Virus record (IMG/VR): IMGVR_UViG_3300032318_000420
Span: 1 to 33,824 of that record
DNA from: a virus
Lineage: Duplodnaviria; Caudoviricetes
Length of the DNA stretch: 33,824 bases
Direction: 5' to 3' (one strand)
Below the pieces are notes generated by a model. The model was not told the origin of the DNA and did not search any database. It worked only from the letters and a program-made list of their open reading frames with translations. Made by a program: the position numbers and the translations under genes. Positions 1 through 11,000 of this stretch are shown here, one piece after another (the first letter of the stretch is position 1; every line of letters starts with the position of its first letter).

Positions 1-2
1 AA

Positions 3-2045
3 AATACTACAATTATTCAAGTCAATCAGTATGCTGCATCAGCTTATCAAACGGCTAATCAGACCAATCAGTATGCTCAGTCAGCATATAGCTATGCTAA
101 TACATCAATCAGTTACAATGATGGTGTTAATGCAACACAGAACACACGCATTGGTGGCATTGAAGGTGTAGACTTAACACAGAACACCAGACTAAACAGT
201 ATCGAAACAGTTAATATTGACCAGAACACCGCAATCAGTATTATTCAAGGTACTGATGCTACGCAGAATGTTCGGTTGAATTCCATTGAAACGATTAACT
301 CGGACCAAAACACAGCGATTGCCATTATACAAGGCACAGACCTGACACAGAACACATGGATTAGTTCCAATGTGGCTTACTTCCAAGGTATTAACAACAC
401 ACAGAATACACAAATACAAGGTATTCAAGGTGTTGACTTGGCACAAAATGCAGCCATCACAATTATTCAAGGTGTTGATGCCACACAGAACGTGCAGATT
501 GCTGGTATACAAGGTGTTGATTTAGCACAAAACTCAGCTATCAGTATTATTCAAGGAGTAGACCTTACACAGAACTCTTTGATTTCAATTATACAAGGTG
601 TAGACCTTACACAGAACGCATGGATATCTGCCAATCAGGCATATTTCCAAGGTGTGGCTGATGCAACCAACACTGCTATTAGTATTATTCAAGGTGTTGA
701 TGCAAATCAAAATGTTCAAATTGGTGGCATACAAGGTGTTGATATTACTCAAAACACCCGTATGTCAATTATTGAAGGTGTGGATGCAACACAGAACGTA
801 AGAATCTCTGGCATACAAGGTGTAGATGATTCTCAGAACTCTGCCATACTGATTATACAAGGTGTAGACTTAACACAAAATACACAGATTGCTGGTATAC
901 AAGGTGTTGATTTAGCACAGAACACTTCGATTACACAAGTCAATCAGTATGCTGCTTCAGGTTATGCATTAGCAAATACCAATCAAGCAGCGATTGCTGT
1001 AATACAAGGTGTAGATGTTACACAAAACAATAACATCATTGCAGTAAACAATTATGCCGTTTCTGCCTTTGCACAAGCCAATACAGCCAATGCTCGTGCT
1101 TTCAATACTGTATTAAAGTCTGGCGATACAATGTCTGGTGCTTTGAATATTGCATCACCATTAACAGGCACAACTACATGGACTGCAGCACTTGGTGTTA
1201 ATGGTTCAATTGCATCAAACAATAGTATCTACATCAATGGTACAGGTTACTTTGGTCTAGCAAACGGTCAAGTAGTATTTCCCAATGCACTCATTGAAGC
1301 AATTGGTAACAGTCCGACATACTCTCAGATTGTTATGCAGAACAAGAGCTCCAATGTCAATTCATCATCTGACTTTGTAGCAACTGCTGACAATGGTAAT
1401 GATACGAGTACCTTTATTGATATGGGTATTAACTCATCAAACTATAATCAGGCAGGCTTTGAGTTAACAGGACCAAATGATGGTTATCTGTATGTTTCAG
1501 GTAACACATCAACAGGTGGTGGTGCTCTCGTATTAAGCACATTTACACCTAAAGATATTATATTTTCTCTCAATGGTCAAGGTGTTGGTTCAGAGATTGC
1601 TCGATTCCAATATGATACTGGATTAGTATTAAAGAATCGTATCACCTTTGCTGATTCATCGACACAGAACACGGCAGCTGCACCAGCCAACTATACACAA
1701 TCGGCATTTAATACTGCCAACGGTGCCAATGGTATGGCGATTGGTGCATACAACACCGCTAACGGTGCCAATGGTATGGCTATCGGTGCATATGGTCAGG
1801 CAAATACAGCGACCAGTTTGGCACAGGCGGCCTTCAATCGTGCTAATACAGAACCAGATTTAGCTGGCTGGAGACCAAATACAATATTGGTGGCCAACAA
1901 CACAGGTTACCAATCAAATAGTAATTCATCCATTATTGCAGCAAACAACACCATGTTCACTGGTGATTTGTATGGTGGTACAGTTTATAGTAATGGACAA
2001 GATGTGATTGGAACTGCGTTAAGTTTTGCAATTGCTCTTGGGTAA
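3..2045 (+). CDS. Long coiled-coil tail/neck fibre protein, 5' truncated by the window edge
   Basis: The frame of the 276..2045 ORF is open back to position 3 (NTTIIQVNQYAASAYQ...). It carries about 20 copies of a 14-aa IQGVDxTQNxxIxx repeat, a VLKSGDTMSGAL fibre motif, a beta-rich segment and a C-terminal ALSFAIALG. Confidence 0.8.
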   Translation, partial: NTTIIQVNQYAASAYQTANQTNQYAQSAYSYANTSISYNDGVNATQNTRIGGIEGVDLTQNTRLNSIETVNIDQNTAISIIQGTDATQNVRLNSIETINSDQNTAIAIIQGTDLTQNTWISSNVAYFQGINNTQNTQIQGIQGVDLAQNAAITIIQGVDATQNVQIAGIQGVDLAQNSAISIIQGVDLTQNSLISIIQGVDLTQNAWISANQAYFQGVADATNTAISIIQGVDANQNVQIGGIQGVDITQNTRMSIIEGVDATQNVRISGIQGVDDSQNSAILIIQGVDLTQNTQIAGIQGVDLAQNTSITQVNQYAASGYALANTNQAAIAVIQGVDVTQNNNIIAVNNYAVSAFAQANTANARAFNTVLKSGDTMSGALNIASPLTGTTTWTAALGVNGSIASNNSIYINGTGYFGLANGQVVFPNALIEAIGNSPTYSQIVMQNKSSNVNSSSDFVATADNGNDTSTFIDMGINSSNYNQAGFELTGPNDGYLYVSGNTSTGGGALVLSTFTPKDIIFSLNGQGVGSEIARFQYDTGLVLKNRITFADSSTQNTAAAPANYTQSAFNTANGANGMAIGAYNTANGANGMAIGAYGQANTATSLAQAAFNRANTEPDLAGWRPNTILVANNTGYQSNSNSSIIAANNTMFTGDLYGGTVYSNGQDVIGTALSFAIALG
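120..1040 (+). repeat. Coding tandem repeat, 42-nt / 14-aa period
   Basis: caaggtgt(t/a/g)ga...acacagaac recurs every 42 nt. Boundaries are approximate. Confidence 0.9.
1710..1793 (+). repeat. Two tandem 42-nt copies encoding NTANGANGMAIGAY
   Basis: 1710-1751 and 1752-1793 encode the identical peptide and differ only at synonymous sites. Confidence 0.9.
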
Positions 2046-2049
2046 CCCA

Positions 2050-2057
2050 CATAAATA
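2050..2057 (+). promoter_or_regulatory. T4-type late promoter (CATAAATA)
   Basis: One mismatch to TATAAATA; intergenic, 23 nt upstream of ATG 2081. Confidence 0.7.
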
Positions 2058-2080
2058 TAGATTATTAAACGGAATAAAAA

Positions 2081-2419
2081 ATGCCAAACGTATTTACGAA
2101 TCGATTTAAACCTAGTGTAGGAACAGCCAATACAACGGTGTATCAGGCACCTATCGCCACACAGTCTACTGTCATTGGTTTGTCTATTGCTAACCGAACT
2201 ACCGCCAATACAATCACGGTATCGGCATATGTTCTCGATTCAGCCAATTCGTTTGCACCCACCTTTATTGTGCGTGATGCCACAGTACCGATTGGTGGTA
2301 CATTGGTTGCCGTTGGTGGTGACCAGAAATTAGTATTAAAGGCAAATGATTCAGTTCAAGTAACGTCATCAGTAATAGGTTCAGCTGATGCAATTTTAAG
2401 CGTTTTGGAAATCTCGTAA
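2081..2419 (+). CDS. Small virion structural protein, putative fibre cap/hub (112 aa)
   Basis: Beta-rich sequence (TTVYQAP...VIGLSIAN...VPIGGTLVAVGGDQKLVL...SVLEIS) directly after the AIALG-ending fibre. It resembles small structural proteins of T4-like aquatic phages (recognition by eye). Confidence 0.65.
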   Translation: MPNVFTNRFKPSVGTANTTVYQAPIATQSTVIGLSIANRTTANTITVSAYVLDSANSFAPTFIVRDATVPIGGTLVAVGGDQKLVLKANDSVQVTSSVIGSADAILSVLEIS

Positions 2420-2420
2420 T

Positions 2421-4700
2421 ATGCCAATTTCACGAATTACTGGTGCCTCGATTGAAGATGGTTCTATTGTTATTGCCGACTTAGGCATTACAACATTCAA
2501 TACTGGCACAGGTAACACTCTTACACTTCAAGCAAACTCTGCAACTGGTTTGGTGATTGATGTCACAGGTAATACTGCGATAGCCAATTCATTATCATTT
2601 AGTGCGACCGGTGCTCGTATTCGTGGTGATTTTACTAATACTACTCAAACAAGCAAAGTTGCATTTCAGACAAGTACAACAGACGGAGCAACTGTAATTG
2701 CTGCTTTGCCTAATGGTACAGGCACTATATCTCAATGGAGAGCTTATAACTCAAACGACCCGACTAATTCTGGGTGGGCTGGTATTGTTGGAAGCACCGC
2801 GTCAATGCAGCTTCAGTCAGGCATTACAGGAACAGGAACATACCTACCACTAACAATGCTAACAGGCGGTAGCGAAAGACTACGCATTGATACAAGTGGT
2901 AATGTGGGGATTGGTACTGCTAGTCCTGTAGAAAAACTTACCGTTACTGGCCAAATAAGTACAAGTACCGATTTAGTATTAAAAGAAAGCACAACAGCTA
3001 GAGGTTATATTTTTGGCACTTCGGCTGGACTGACTTACAGAGCTACAAGCACTTTACCACATATATTTCAAAACGTTGGCACAGAGTTAATGCGACTTGA
3101 TGCCACCGGTAACCTTGGTATTGGCACCGCATCTCCCTCACAAAGACTTCATGTAGCCGCTGGCACCATTCTTGTTTCAAACACATCTTCAACTTCAGCC
3201 ACAGTAGCCATAGCAGGTAATGGTTCTACCGTAGGTACTTCTGCGTTTGAGTTAATACAAGGAGGTAGCTCTGAAGCGTATGTGTATAACAGAGCGAATA
3301 GCTTCTTGGTATTGGGAACGAATAATGCGGAGAGGATGAGGATTACTTCTGGTGGTGATGTAGGTATTGGTGCTAGTAGCACAGACCCATTTTCTAGAGT
3401 CCTTACTAGGTCGGTAGCTATATCTTCTAGTGGTGCTGGCACATCTTCTGGACTATTTATTACATCGGGCGCTGGAAGTAGGGTTCAACTTGGAATAGGG
3501 TCGACTAGTACTTTACTTATATACTCAGATAGTACAAATTTTTCTGCTATATCAACAGAAACAGCAATGCCACTTTTGTTACAAACAAATCAAACAGAAC
3601 GCATGCGTATTGACTCTAATGGTAACGTAGGTATTGGTACAAGTAGTCCTTCTGCATTACTTCATGTGAACGGTACCGCAAGAGCAACAAGTATATCTTT
3701 GAATGGTATATCAATAGGAGATTATGGATTATATAATAGTTTGGTTGCAAGAGTTGGTAATGGTAATGGTATTGGAATTAATTCGGCAAACTCAACAGAC
3801 AATGCTTACATTTATTTTGGATACGGCACAACATCACCACAACAACAAGGCGCCGCAATAGGCCGGATTGGCGGAGATGTTTTAAGTTTCTTTACTGCTG
3901 CTACACAACGGATGAGTATTGACTCTAGTGGTAATGTAGGAATTAATGTTACTCCTAGTGCTAAATTCTCCGTTGGAGGTAGTGGTACTTTCTATGGCTC
4001 TGAGTTTGGTGTATCAGGTCACAACGGAATTAGAGTTGGATCCAGCAATAGTTACTACTGGGAAATTAGCAGAGAAGGTATTTCCAGTGGTCACCTCATG
4101 TTTATTGAAAATTCTAATAACACCATTACAGAGCGTATGCGTATTAATCCTGGTGGTAGTATTCAACTATCTACTGCTGGTACATCGATTCTAAACAGTT
4201 CTGGTCGGCCAATTCTTCGCCAAACTGGATCTATTTTACAAGTTATTTCAACATTTAAAAATGATTTATTTTCTGCAAGCTTAGGTGGGGGAAGTTTTAC
4301 CGATATAACAGGATTTTCAGCAACGATTACGCCAAGTTCTTCTAGTAGTAGAATTTTGGTATTAATAAGTTGTAGTTTATCTGCTAAATCTCCTGCGGTT
4401 GGTGCAAGATTGTTAAGAGATGGAACACTAATTTCAAATGGTCCTGCTTCTGGTTCAAGACTAAGCGCATCAACTCCTGCAGTCAGCAATGCTGGTGACG
4501 GAAATCGAGGTGTTCCAACATCAATTACGTTTCTTGATTCTCCAGGAACAACCTCGGCTGTTACATATAAATTACAAATTGGTGCTATAGAACCGAGTGG
4601 AACACACACTGCTTTTTTTAATACATCAGGAGCAGATGATAATGCTGGTTATACTGCAAGAACAGCGTCATCAATTATTTTATTGGAGATTGCAGGATGA
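2421..4700 (+). CDS. Tail fibre / receptor-binding protein 1 (759 aa)
   Basis: About six ERMRIDxxGNVGIGT-type shaft motifs; C-terminal beta-sandwich-like tip GSILQV...ATITPSSSSSRILV...LDSPGTTSAVTYKLQ...LEIAG. Confidence 0.85.
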   Translation: MPISRITGASIEDGSIVIADLGITTFNTGTGNTLTLQANSATGLVIDVTGNTAIANSLSFSATGARIRGDFTNTTQTSKVAFQTSTTDGATVIAALPNGTGTISQWRAYNSNDPTNSGWAGIVGSTASMQLQSGITGTGTYLPLTMLTGGSERLRIDTSGNVGIGTASPVEKLTVTGQISTSTDLVLKESTTARGYIFGTSAGLTYRATSTLPHIFQNVGTELMRLDATGNLGIGTASPSQRLHVAAGTILVSNTSSTSATVAIAGNGSTVGTSAFELIQGGSSEAYVYNRANSFLVLGTNNAERMRITSGGDVGIGASSTDPFSRVLTRSVAISSSGAGTSSGLFITSGAGSRVQLGIGSTSTLLIYSDSTNFSAISTETAMPLLLQTNQTERMRIDSNGNVGIGTSSPSALLHVNGTARATSISLNGISIGDYGLYNSLVARVGNGNGIGINSANSTDNAYIYFGYGTTSPQQQGAAIGRIGGDVLSFFTAATQRMSIDSSGNVGINVTPSAKFSVGGSGTFYGSEFGVSGHNGIRVGSSNSYYWEISREGISSGHLMFIENSNNTITERMRINPGGSIQLSTAGTSILNSSGRPILRQTGSILQVISTFKNDLFSASLGGGSFTDITGFSATITPSSSSSRILVLISCSLSAKSPAVGARLLRDGTLISNGPASGSRLSASTPAVSNAGDGNRGVPTSITFLDSPGTTSAVTYKLQIGAIEPSGTHTAFFNTSGADDNAGYTARTASSIILLEIAG

Positions 4701-4999
4701 TTAATTATGCACTTATACTTGCTATTAATTATGAAGGTAAAAAATGGACTTTAAATGGAGATTCTTATGAAGGCCTTAATTGGTTAGATGAATCTTCAAA
4801 ACCAACCGAAGAAGAATTAAATGCTTTATGGGAATCAACACAAATAGCACTTAATAATGAACGAGTAGATACTAATCGAAAAAAAGCATATGCAAATGAA
4901 GCTGATCCATTATTTTTTAAATCTCAGCGTGGTGAAGCCACAATAGAAGAATGGCAAGCCAAAATAACCGAAATTAAATTAAGATATCCAAAGAGTTAA
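4697..4999 (+). CDS. Putative fibre assembly chaperone for fibre 1 (100 aa)
   Basis: ATGA overlap with the fibre stop; small charged protein with KPTEEEL...RKKAY...EW...IKLRYP, like tail-fibre-associated small proteins. Confidence 0.6.
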   Translation: MINYALILAINYEGKKWTLNGDSYEGLNWLDESSKPTEEELNALWESTQIALNNERVDTNRKKAYANEADPLFFKSQRGEATIEEWQAKITEIKLRYPKS

Positions 5000-5002
5000 A
5001 CT

Positions 5003-6595
5003 ATGCCCCTGCAATTAATAGCAAATACCGATATTCAGTCAGCAACCACATTTACATTCTCAAACACTCAGTTTGGTCTTGGTTCTGCTGCATCACCATC
5101 GATAGCATTCACAGGTGATACGAACACAGGTATCTTTTCGCCTGCTGCTGATACGCTTGCGTTTGCTGAAGGTGGTACAGAGGTGATGCGGATTAATAGT
5201 AGTGGGAATATAGGTATTGGAACTACTAGTCCATCAACAAAGTTAGAGGTTAACGGTGGTGCATCCTCTGGAATATTTAGAGTGTCAGCAACAGGTCATA
5301 CAGGCTTGGATATTCAAAAGTTTGTAGTTAATTCAGATGCAATTATTAATCTGCAAGACAATGGCAACCTTAGACTTTATACCAACAACACAGAGAGGAT
5401 GCGGATTGATTCGTTAGGTAATGTGGGGATTGGTACGGCGAGTCCTTTTACTTATGGAAAGCTTGCTGTTGTTGGCGCAGCCACTACTGAAGGTTACGCT
5501 GTTAATACTGCTACAACAGGACAAGCATCTTGGTGGGCCTTAAATAATACTCCTTCAAGAACAGGTGTTTTTCAATATGGAACATCTCAAGCTGCTTACG
5601 GGGCAATAGGTTCTGGTGAGGGTGCTTTGTATTCTTCCACTAATTTAACTGTTATCTCAGACACTGGAGTTGTTAAGTTTGCGACAGGTGGTAACACAGA
5701 ACGGATGCGTATTGACTCTAGTGGTAATGTAGGTATTGGTACTACTAGTCCTGGAGCAAAACTTAGTCTTACAAGTACGGGCAACACAACCGCAGACGGT
5801 GTTCGTCTAACATTCGGCTCAGAAGCAAGACCGCATAACATTTACTCTGACCTATCAACAGGGCGTGATTTATTAATTGCCCCTTGGAGAGCGGTTACAT
5901 TAAAAGCAGGCTCTGGAACAACAGAAGGTGAAGTTCGGCTTCAATCCTACGAAAGCACAATAATTTCTACTGGTTCAAGCTATACAGAACGGATGCGTAT
6001 CGACACTAGCGGTAATGTTGGCATCGGCACTTCCTCTCCTGGTGCAGGTATCAAACTTGATGTTCTTGGTGGTGAAATCAGAGCAGGCAGAGTTGATACT
6101 AGTTCTGAAGGTGGTCAAGTAAGTTTTTCAAGAAGTAGTGATAATGCAACTGCTTGGTATCTTGATGTGTTTGGAAATACATCAACGCCATCTTTTAGAT
6201 TTGTTGATGTTAGTGCTGGTGCAGTTAGAGCTACAATTGATTCTAGTGGTAATTTTCAGTTTAATTCAGGTTACGGCTCAGTAGCTACTGCATATGCCTG
6301 TCGTGCATGGGTAAACTTTAACGGAACTAGTACTGTAGCTATTCGCTCAAGCGGTAATGTAAGTTCTATTACTGATAACGGTACTGGTGATTACACAGTT
6401 AATCTTACTACTGCAATGCCTGATGGTAATTATTCGGCTGTGTCATCAGGAGGAACTGGAGGTAATAATATTAGATTGTCCTCATGTTCTCCAGTAACTA
6501 CTACTAGCACAAGTCAAATTAGAGTTATTGGGATAACTATAAACGCAGGTTCTCTTATAGATTTAGAAGTCGTTTCAGTCGCAATCTTCCGTTAA
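5003..6595 (+). CDS. Tail fibre / receptor-binding protein 2 (530 aa)
   Basis: SPSIAFTGDTNTGIF module, four ERMRI-type motifs, and tip CRAWVNFNG...NVSSITDNGTGDYTVN. Confidence 0.85.
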   Translation: MPLQLIANTDIQSATTFTFSNTQFGLGSAASPSIAFTGDTNTGIFSPAADTLAFAEGGTEVMRINSSGNIGIGTTSPSTKLEVNGGASSGIFRVSATGHTGLDIQKFVVNSDAIINLQDNGNLRLYTNNTERMRIDSLGNVGIGTASPFTYGKLAVVGAATTEGYAVNTATTGQASWWALNNTPSRTGVFQYGTSQAAYGAIGSGEGALYSSTNLTVISDTGVVKFATGGNTERMRIDSSGNVGIGTTSPGAKLSLTSTGNTTADGVRLTFGSEARPHNIYSDLSTGRDLLIAPWRAVTLKAGSGTTEGEVRLQSYESTIISTGSSYTERMRIDTSGNVGIGTSSPGAGIKLDVLGGEIRAGRVDTSSEGGQVSFSRSSDNATAWYLDVFGNTSTPSFRFVDVSAGAVRATIDSSGNFQFNSGYGSVATAYACRAWVNFNGTSTVAIRSSGNVSSITDNGTGDYTVNLTTAMPDGNYSAVSSGGTGGNNIRLSSCSPVTTTSTSQIRVIGITINAGSLIDLEVVSVAIFR

Positions 6596-6610
6596 TCAAA
6601 AGGACTAATT

Positions 6611-6802
6611 ATGAATCAAAGAATTATTTACCCTACTGATGATGGCGGTGTCGCTATTGTTATTCCAGCCGTTGAGTGCGGTTTAACTATTGAAGAACTA
6701 GCTGCCAAAGATGTACCTGCTGGTAAGCCATACAAGATTGTGGATGTATCCGATATACCTACCGATAGAACATTCCGTAATGCATGGGAGTACCAAGAAT
6801 GA
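6611..6802 (+). CDS. Small fibre-associated protein (63 aa)
   Basis: AAGGA SD; RIIYPTDDGGVAIVIP...KDVPAGKPYKIVD...DRTFRNAW; follows fibre 2. Confidence 0.7.
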   Translation: MNQRIIYPTDDGGVAIVIPAVECGLTIEELAAKDVPAGKPYKIVDVSDIPTDRTFRNAWEYQE

Positions 6803-7023
6803 TTGTAATTAATATTGATAAAGCAAAAGATATTACCAAAACTCGTCTGCGCCAAGAGAGAGCACCTCTATTACAAGCACAAGATGTTGCCTTTCAGAGA
6901 GCCTTAGAATCTAACTCAGACACCTCTGAGATTGTGGCAGAAAAACAGCGGTTGAGAGATATCACTAAGTTGGCTGATGAAGCCACCACATTAGACGAAT
7001 TAAAAAATATAACTGTTTTATAG
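6799..7023 (+). CDS. Tail fibre assembly (Tfa-like) helical protein (74 aa)
   Basis: Start placed at ATG 6799, in ATGA overlap with the upstream stop, rather than 6784. Sequence RLRQERAPLL..QD...EKQRLRDIT resembles Tfa C-terminal helices. Confidence 0.65.
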   Translation: MIVINIDKAKDITKTRLRQERAPLLQAQDVAFQRALESNSDTSEIVAEKQRLRDITKLADEATTLDELKNITVL

Positions 7024-7027
7024 TCAT

Positions 7028-7035
7028 CATAAATA
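7028..7035 (+). promoter_or_regulatory. T4-type late promoter (CATAAATA)
   Basis: Intergenic, 27 nt upstream of ATG 7063. Confidence 0.7.
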
Positions 7036-7062
7036 TACTATTATAATATAGAGAAATAAACA

Positions 7063-7818
7063 ATGCCATATCTTGGAGCGAAACCGGACGCATTTCAATA
7101 TACATCAACATCTTCCCAGTCACTCTCTGGTGATGGTGTTACGACCACCTTTACACTCTCTCGACAGGTATCGGCCAACTCTGATATTGAAGTAGTTGTT
7201 AATAATGTTCCACAAGAACCTGGCTTTGCATACTATGTTACCAATCTAACCAATCTGATTTTCACTGCGGCTCCATCAGCAGCTGCAAACAATATCTACA
7301 TTATATACCGACAGTTTGTTCAGAGCGGTATTGCTCCTGGTGCCAACACAGTTACAACCTCTGCGATTGCAGCCAATACGATTCAGCCATGGCAGCTCAC
7401 AAACTCATTACTGAATCCTGTTGTGAATACCTTTACTGCCAATGGCACAGGTACCACATATACATTACAATATAGACCACCAAGTTCTAATTCTGTAATT
7501 GTAACAATCAATGGTATTACACAAAATTCACCAGAAAATTATTATGTTAATGATTATACATTGACATTTACGGATGCAGCAGCGAATAACTCAGTCATTC
7601 GTGTAATGCAACAGGCAATTTTAGGTACCTCAATTATTCCTGTTGATGGTTCTGTAACTGATTCTAAGTTGGCTCCTAATTTAACACTCACTGGTGGTGT
7701 AAACATTAGCGGTAATATTCGTGTTAATGAAATCATTATGACTAATACCGCAACAACTAATACAGCAACCATCATATATAATTCTTCTAATAATAGTATT
7801 GATTTTGTTTTTAATTGA
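7063..7818 (+). CDS. Fibre adaptor-like structural protein with two GDGxTTxFTL-type domains (251 aa)
   Basis: MPYLG start; two repeats (SGDGVTTTFTL...VVVNNVPQEP and TANGTGTTYTL...VTINGITQ); similar to the first ~200 aa of 17354..20092; ends YNSSNNSIDFVFN. Confidence 0.7.
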   Translation: MPYLGAKPDAFQYTSTSSQSLSGDGVTTTFTLSRQVSANSDIEVVVNNVPQEPGFAYYVTNLTNLIFTAAPSAAANNIYIIYRQFVQSGIAPGANTVTTSAIAANTIQPWQLTNSLLNPVVNTFTANGTGTTYTLQYRPPSSNSVIVTINGITQNSPENYYVNDYTLTFTDAAANNSVIRVMQQAILGTSIIPVDGSVTDSKLAPNLTLTGGVNISGNIRVNEIIMTNTATTNTATIIYNSSNNSIDFVFN

Positions 7819-7829
7819 GGAGTAATATT

Positions 7830-8000
7830 ATGGTTATTATTGATTTTGAAATTTCAAAAGATGGTCACACATTCAAAGATGCAATTCATTTGCCAGAAAA
7901 TCATGGCTTAACCGATGCAGAAATCGAAGCAATTAAAGAGAAACGATTCAATGACTGGTATACTATTGTCACCACTATCGAAGCTGAACCAGAGGAGTAA
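7830..8000 (+). CDS. Small acidic protein (56 aa), probable partner of the downstream 1555-aa protein
   Basis: ATG 7830 follows GAGGAG (7817-7822), so it is preferred over TTG 7815. Its last codons supply the GAGGAG SD of the next gene. Confidence 0.65.
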   Translation: MVIIDFEISKDGHTFKDAIHLPENHGLTDAEIEAIKEKRFNDWYTIVTTIEAEPEE

Positions 8001-8002
8001 TC

Positions 8003-11000
8003 ATGGCTGATAGATATTGGGTAGGTGGCTCTGGTAATTGGTCTAATGCTAATAACTGGTCTGATACATCAGGTGGTTTGCCTGGAGCATCTGTTCCAAC
8101 AGCTGTAGATAATGTTATTTTTGATGCAAATTCTTCAAGGTTAGTTTTATTTACTGTAACCGTTGATGGCACTTCTGCCAATCCTTCTGTATGTAATAAC
8201 TTTTCTACTGGTGGTGCTGGCGGTGCTTTATCAGCTACTACAATGACACTATCTTTAGGTGCTACAGCAGTATTAGATTGCTATGGCTCTATGACTTTGC
8301 CGGCTACAAACTTTTCTTTTTCAACAACGTCTGGAGCTGCAATAATCTATAGAGCAACTACAACTGGAAAAACCATTACAACAAATGGCGTTTCTTTTGG
8401 AATTATGGCATTAAACTTTAATGGTGTTGGTGGATCATGGACGCTTGGAAGCGCTCTTACAACAACTGGTCAACTAACAGTTCTTGCTGGCAGTTTTAAT
8501 ACTAGTGTTAGCAATTATAGTGTAAGTTGTGCAGCTTTTGTGACTCAAGGAACTTTAACTAGGTCTATAGATTTAAACGGCTCTACTATTACAGCGACCG
8601 CAACAGGCGGATTAAATTTTGTTTCTATTACAAATTTAACATTTAATGCCGGCACATCCACAATCAATTGCACTAATGCATCACCAACATTTGCTGGTGG
8701 TGGACTGACTTTCTACAATGTATCATTTCCAACAGGAAGCACAGCAACAACAGTCACAATTACCGGTGATAATACATTTAATAATTTATCAATTACTATT
8801 GGAACTACTATTAAAGTAATTGCTTTAGGTGGCAATCAAACAGTCAATGGTACCTTGACGATGATTCCTTTTGGTACAGCAATATCTCGATTCTTTATGC
8901 GTAGTAGTGTTATTGGAACACAAAGAACGATGACTGTTGCAGCTCTAGGAAATACATTAACTGATATTGATTTTAGAGATATTAATGTTCAAGGTGCTTC
9001 GGCACCATGGTCTGGTGTAAGATTGGGTGATTGTTTTGGTAATGCAAATATTACTTTTGAATCCGCCAATACTCGCTACTGGAGCTTGGCAGCTGGCGGT
9101 AGCTGGAACAGCACAGGCTGGGCAAATACTTCTGGTGGCACACCATTGGCCAATAACTTTCCGTTGGCACAAGATACTGCTTTAATTAAGGACACAGGAT
9201 TAAATTCTGGTGCCACAATTACAATAAATTCTCTTTGGAATATTGGTAAATGGGATATGTCTACTCGAACATTACCTATGAACTTAACATTTGGTAATAG
9301 TGATCCTGTTGTCTATAAAGATTTTCTTTTAAGTAATGTGGTTAATTTTACAACGAGAACAGGTACTCCAACACTTACATTATCAAGCCAAAACTCTACA
9401 CAAAATTTACAGTCTGGTGGTGGAAACACAATAATTTATCAAATTGTTGCTGACTGTCCCAATACAACCGTAAAATTAGTAGACGATTATAGAATTGAAT
9501 TTCCAACACTTGGTGCTGGATTGTTTATATTAACTAGAGGTACACTTGATTTAAATGATAGAACATTAAGTTGCAATGCGTTCTCATCTTCAAACTCAAA
9601 TCAAAGAGAGATTCGTTTTACTGGTAATGGTAAAATTGATTTGTTTGCATCAAATACAACTATATGGAATTCAGGAACGGGTGCAACTTTACTTTATGCA
9701 AATGGCACATCTAATGTAATTTGTTCTTATGATGGTTCAGTTGGTAGAAGAACGATTACACCAGGAACTCCTGGTGCAGCCAATACAATTAATTTTAATG
9801 TGATTGCCGGTAGTGACGAAGTTATATTAACATCAAGTGACTATTGTAAAACTTTAGATTTTACAGGATTTTCTGGTACATGGATAAATTCAAGCAGTTC
9901 ACGAATATATGGCAACTTGATTATGTCAAACACAATGACAACTCAGGCTGGCGCAGCAACTTTAAATTTATTTGGTGTTTCTTATGACCAATTTATTAAT
10001 ACAAATGGTGTAGTTATAAAATGGCCGGTGACCATATATGATGAAATTTCTTTTAATACTGGTTTACCAAACGCCAGTCAATTTACATTACAAAATGATT
10101 TTACACTTGATTCGCCATATCAATTTGGACTATCTACTGGAAATTTTGTAGCCAATAATTATAATGTTTCAGCAGGTTCTTTTGTGGCAGGTTCTTCAAC
10201 AAACTTATCTTATAGCAATTTGGTGATGGGTTCTGGTACATGGAACATGACAGGATCAGGAACAGTTTGGAGTGTGGGTGGAGTTAATAGGGTAATATCA
10301 TCAAATAATTCAACAATTAATGTATCCAACACAATTTCTAATGTTAGTTTTGCTGGTGATGACTACACATACAATAATATTATTTTCTCTAGTGCTAACA
10401 CAAATGGTTTTTCAATTTCTGGAAACTTAACGGCAAATAATATTACATTTGCGCCACAAACATTAGATACTATTGGAAGAAAAAGTATATCTGTAGGCAA
10501 TAATACCATCACAATTACAGGTACTTTGTCTTTATCCGGAAACAATTCTAATCAAAGAAGTTTTGTTCTTTCTGATGGTGTAACCACAACAAGAATAGTT
10601 GCAAACAACATTGCGCCATTACAATATGTGGACTTCAGACATATTCAAGCTGCAGGCAATTCTGTGCCTTGGTCTGGCATTTCTTTAGGTGATTCTGGTT
10701 ATAATTCAAATATAACATTTAATGCCGGCAGAACCATATATTGGAATAAACCAACAGGTGGAAATTGGAGTGATGTCGCTTGGTCAACAACTGATGGTGG
10801 TACTGTTGATGTTAATAATTTTCCTTTGGCCCAAGACTCGATTGTGTTTACTAATACTGGTTTAAATTCTGGTGCCACAATTAATACTGATAATGATTAT
10901 CAAATAGGGAATATTGATTTTTCTCTTTTAACAAATTCAGCTACAATTGATTTATTAAATTCTGGTAATGATTTATATGGCAATGTTATTTTAAGTCCTA

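Noticed and set aside
120-1040. CRISPR-like array
   Set aside because: The repeats are in-frame, degenerate at third codon positions and have no unique spacers. They are protein repeats.
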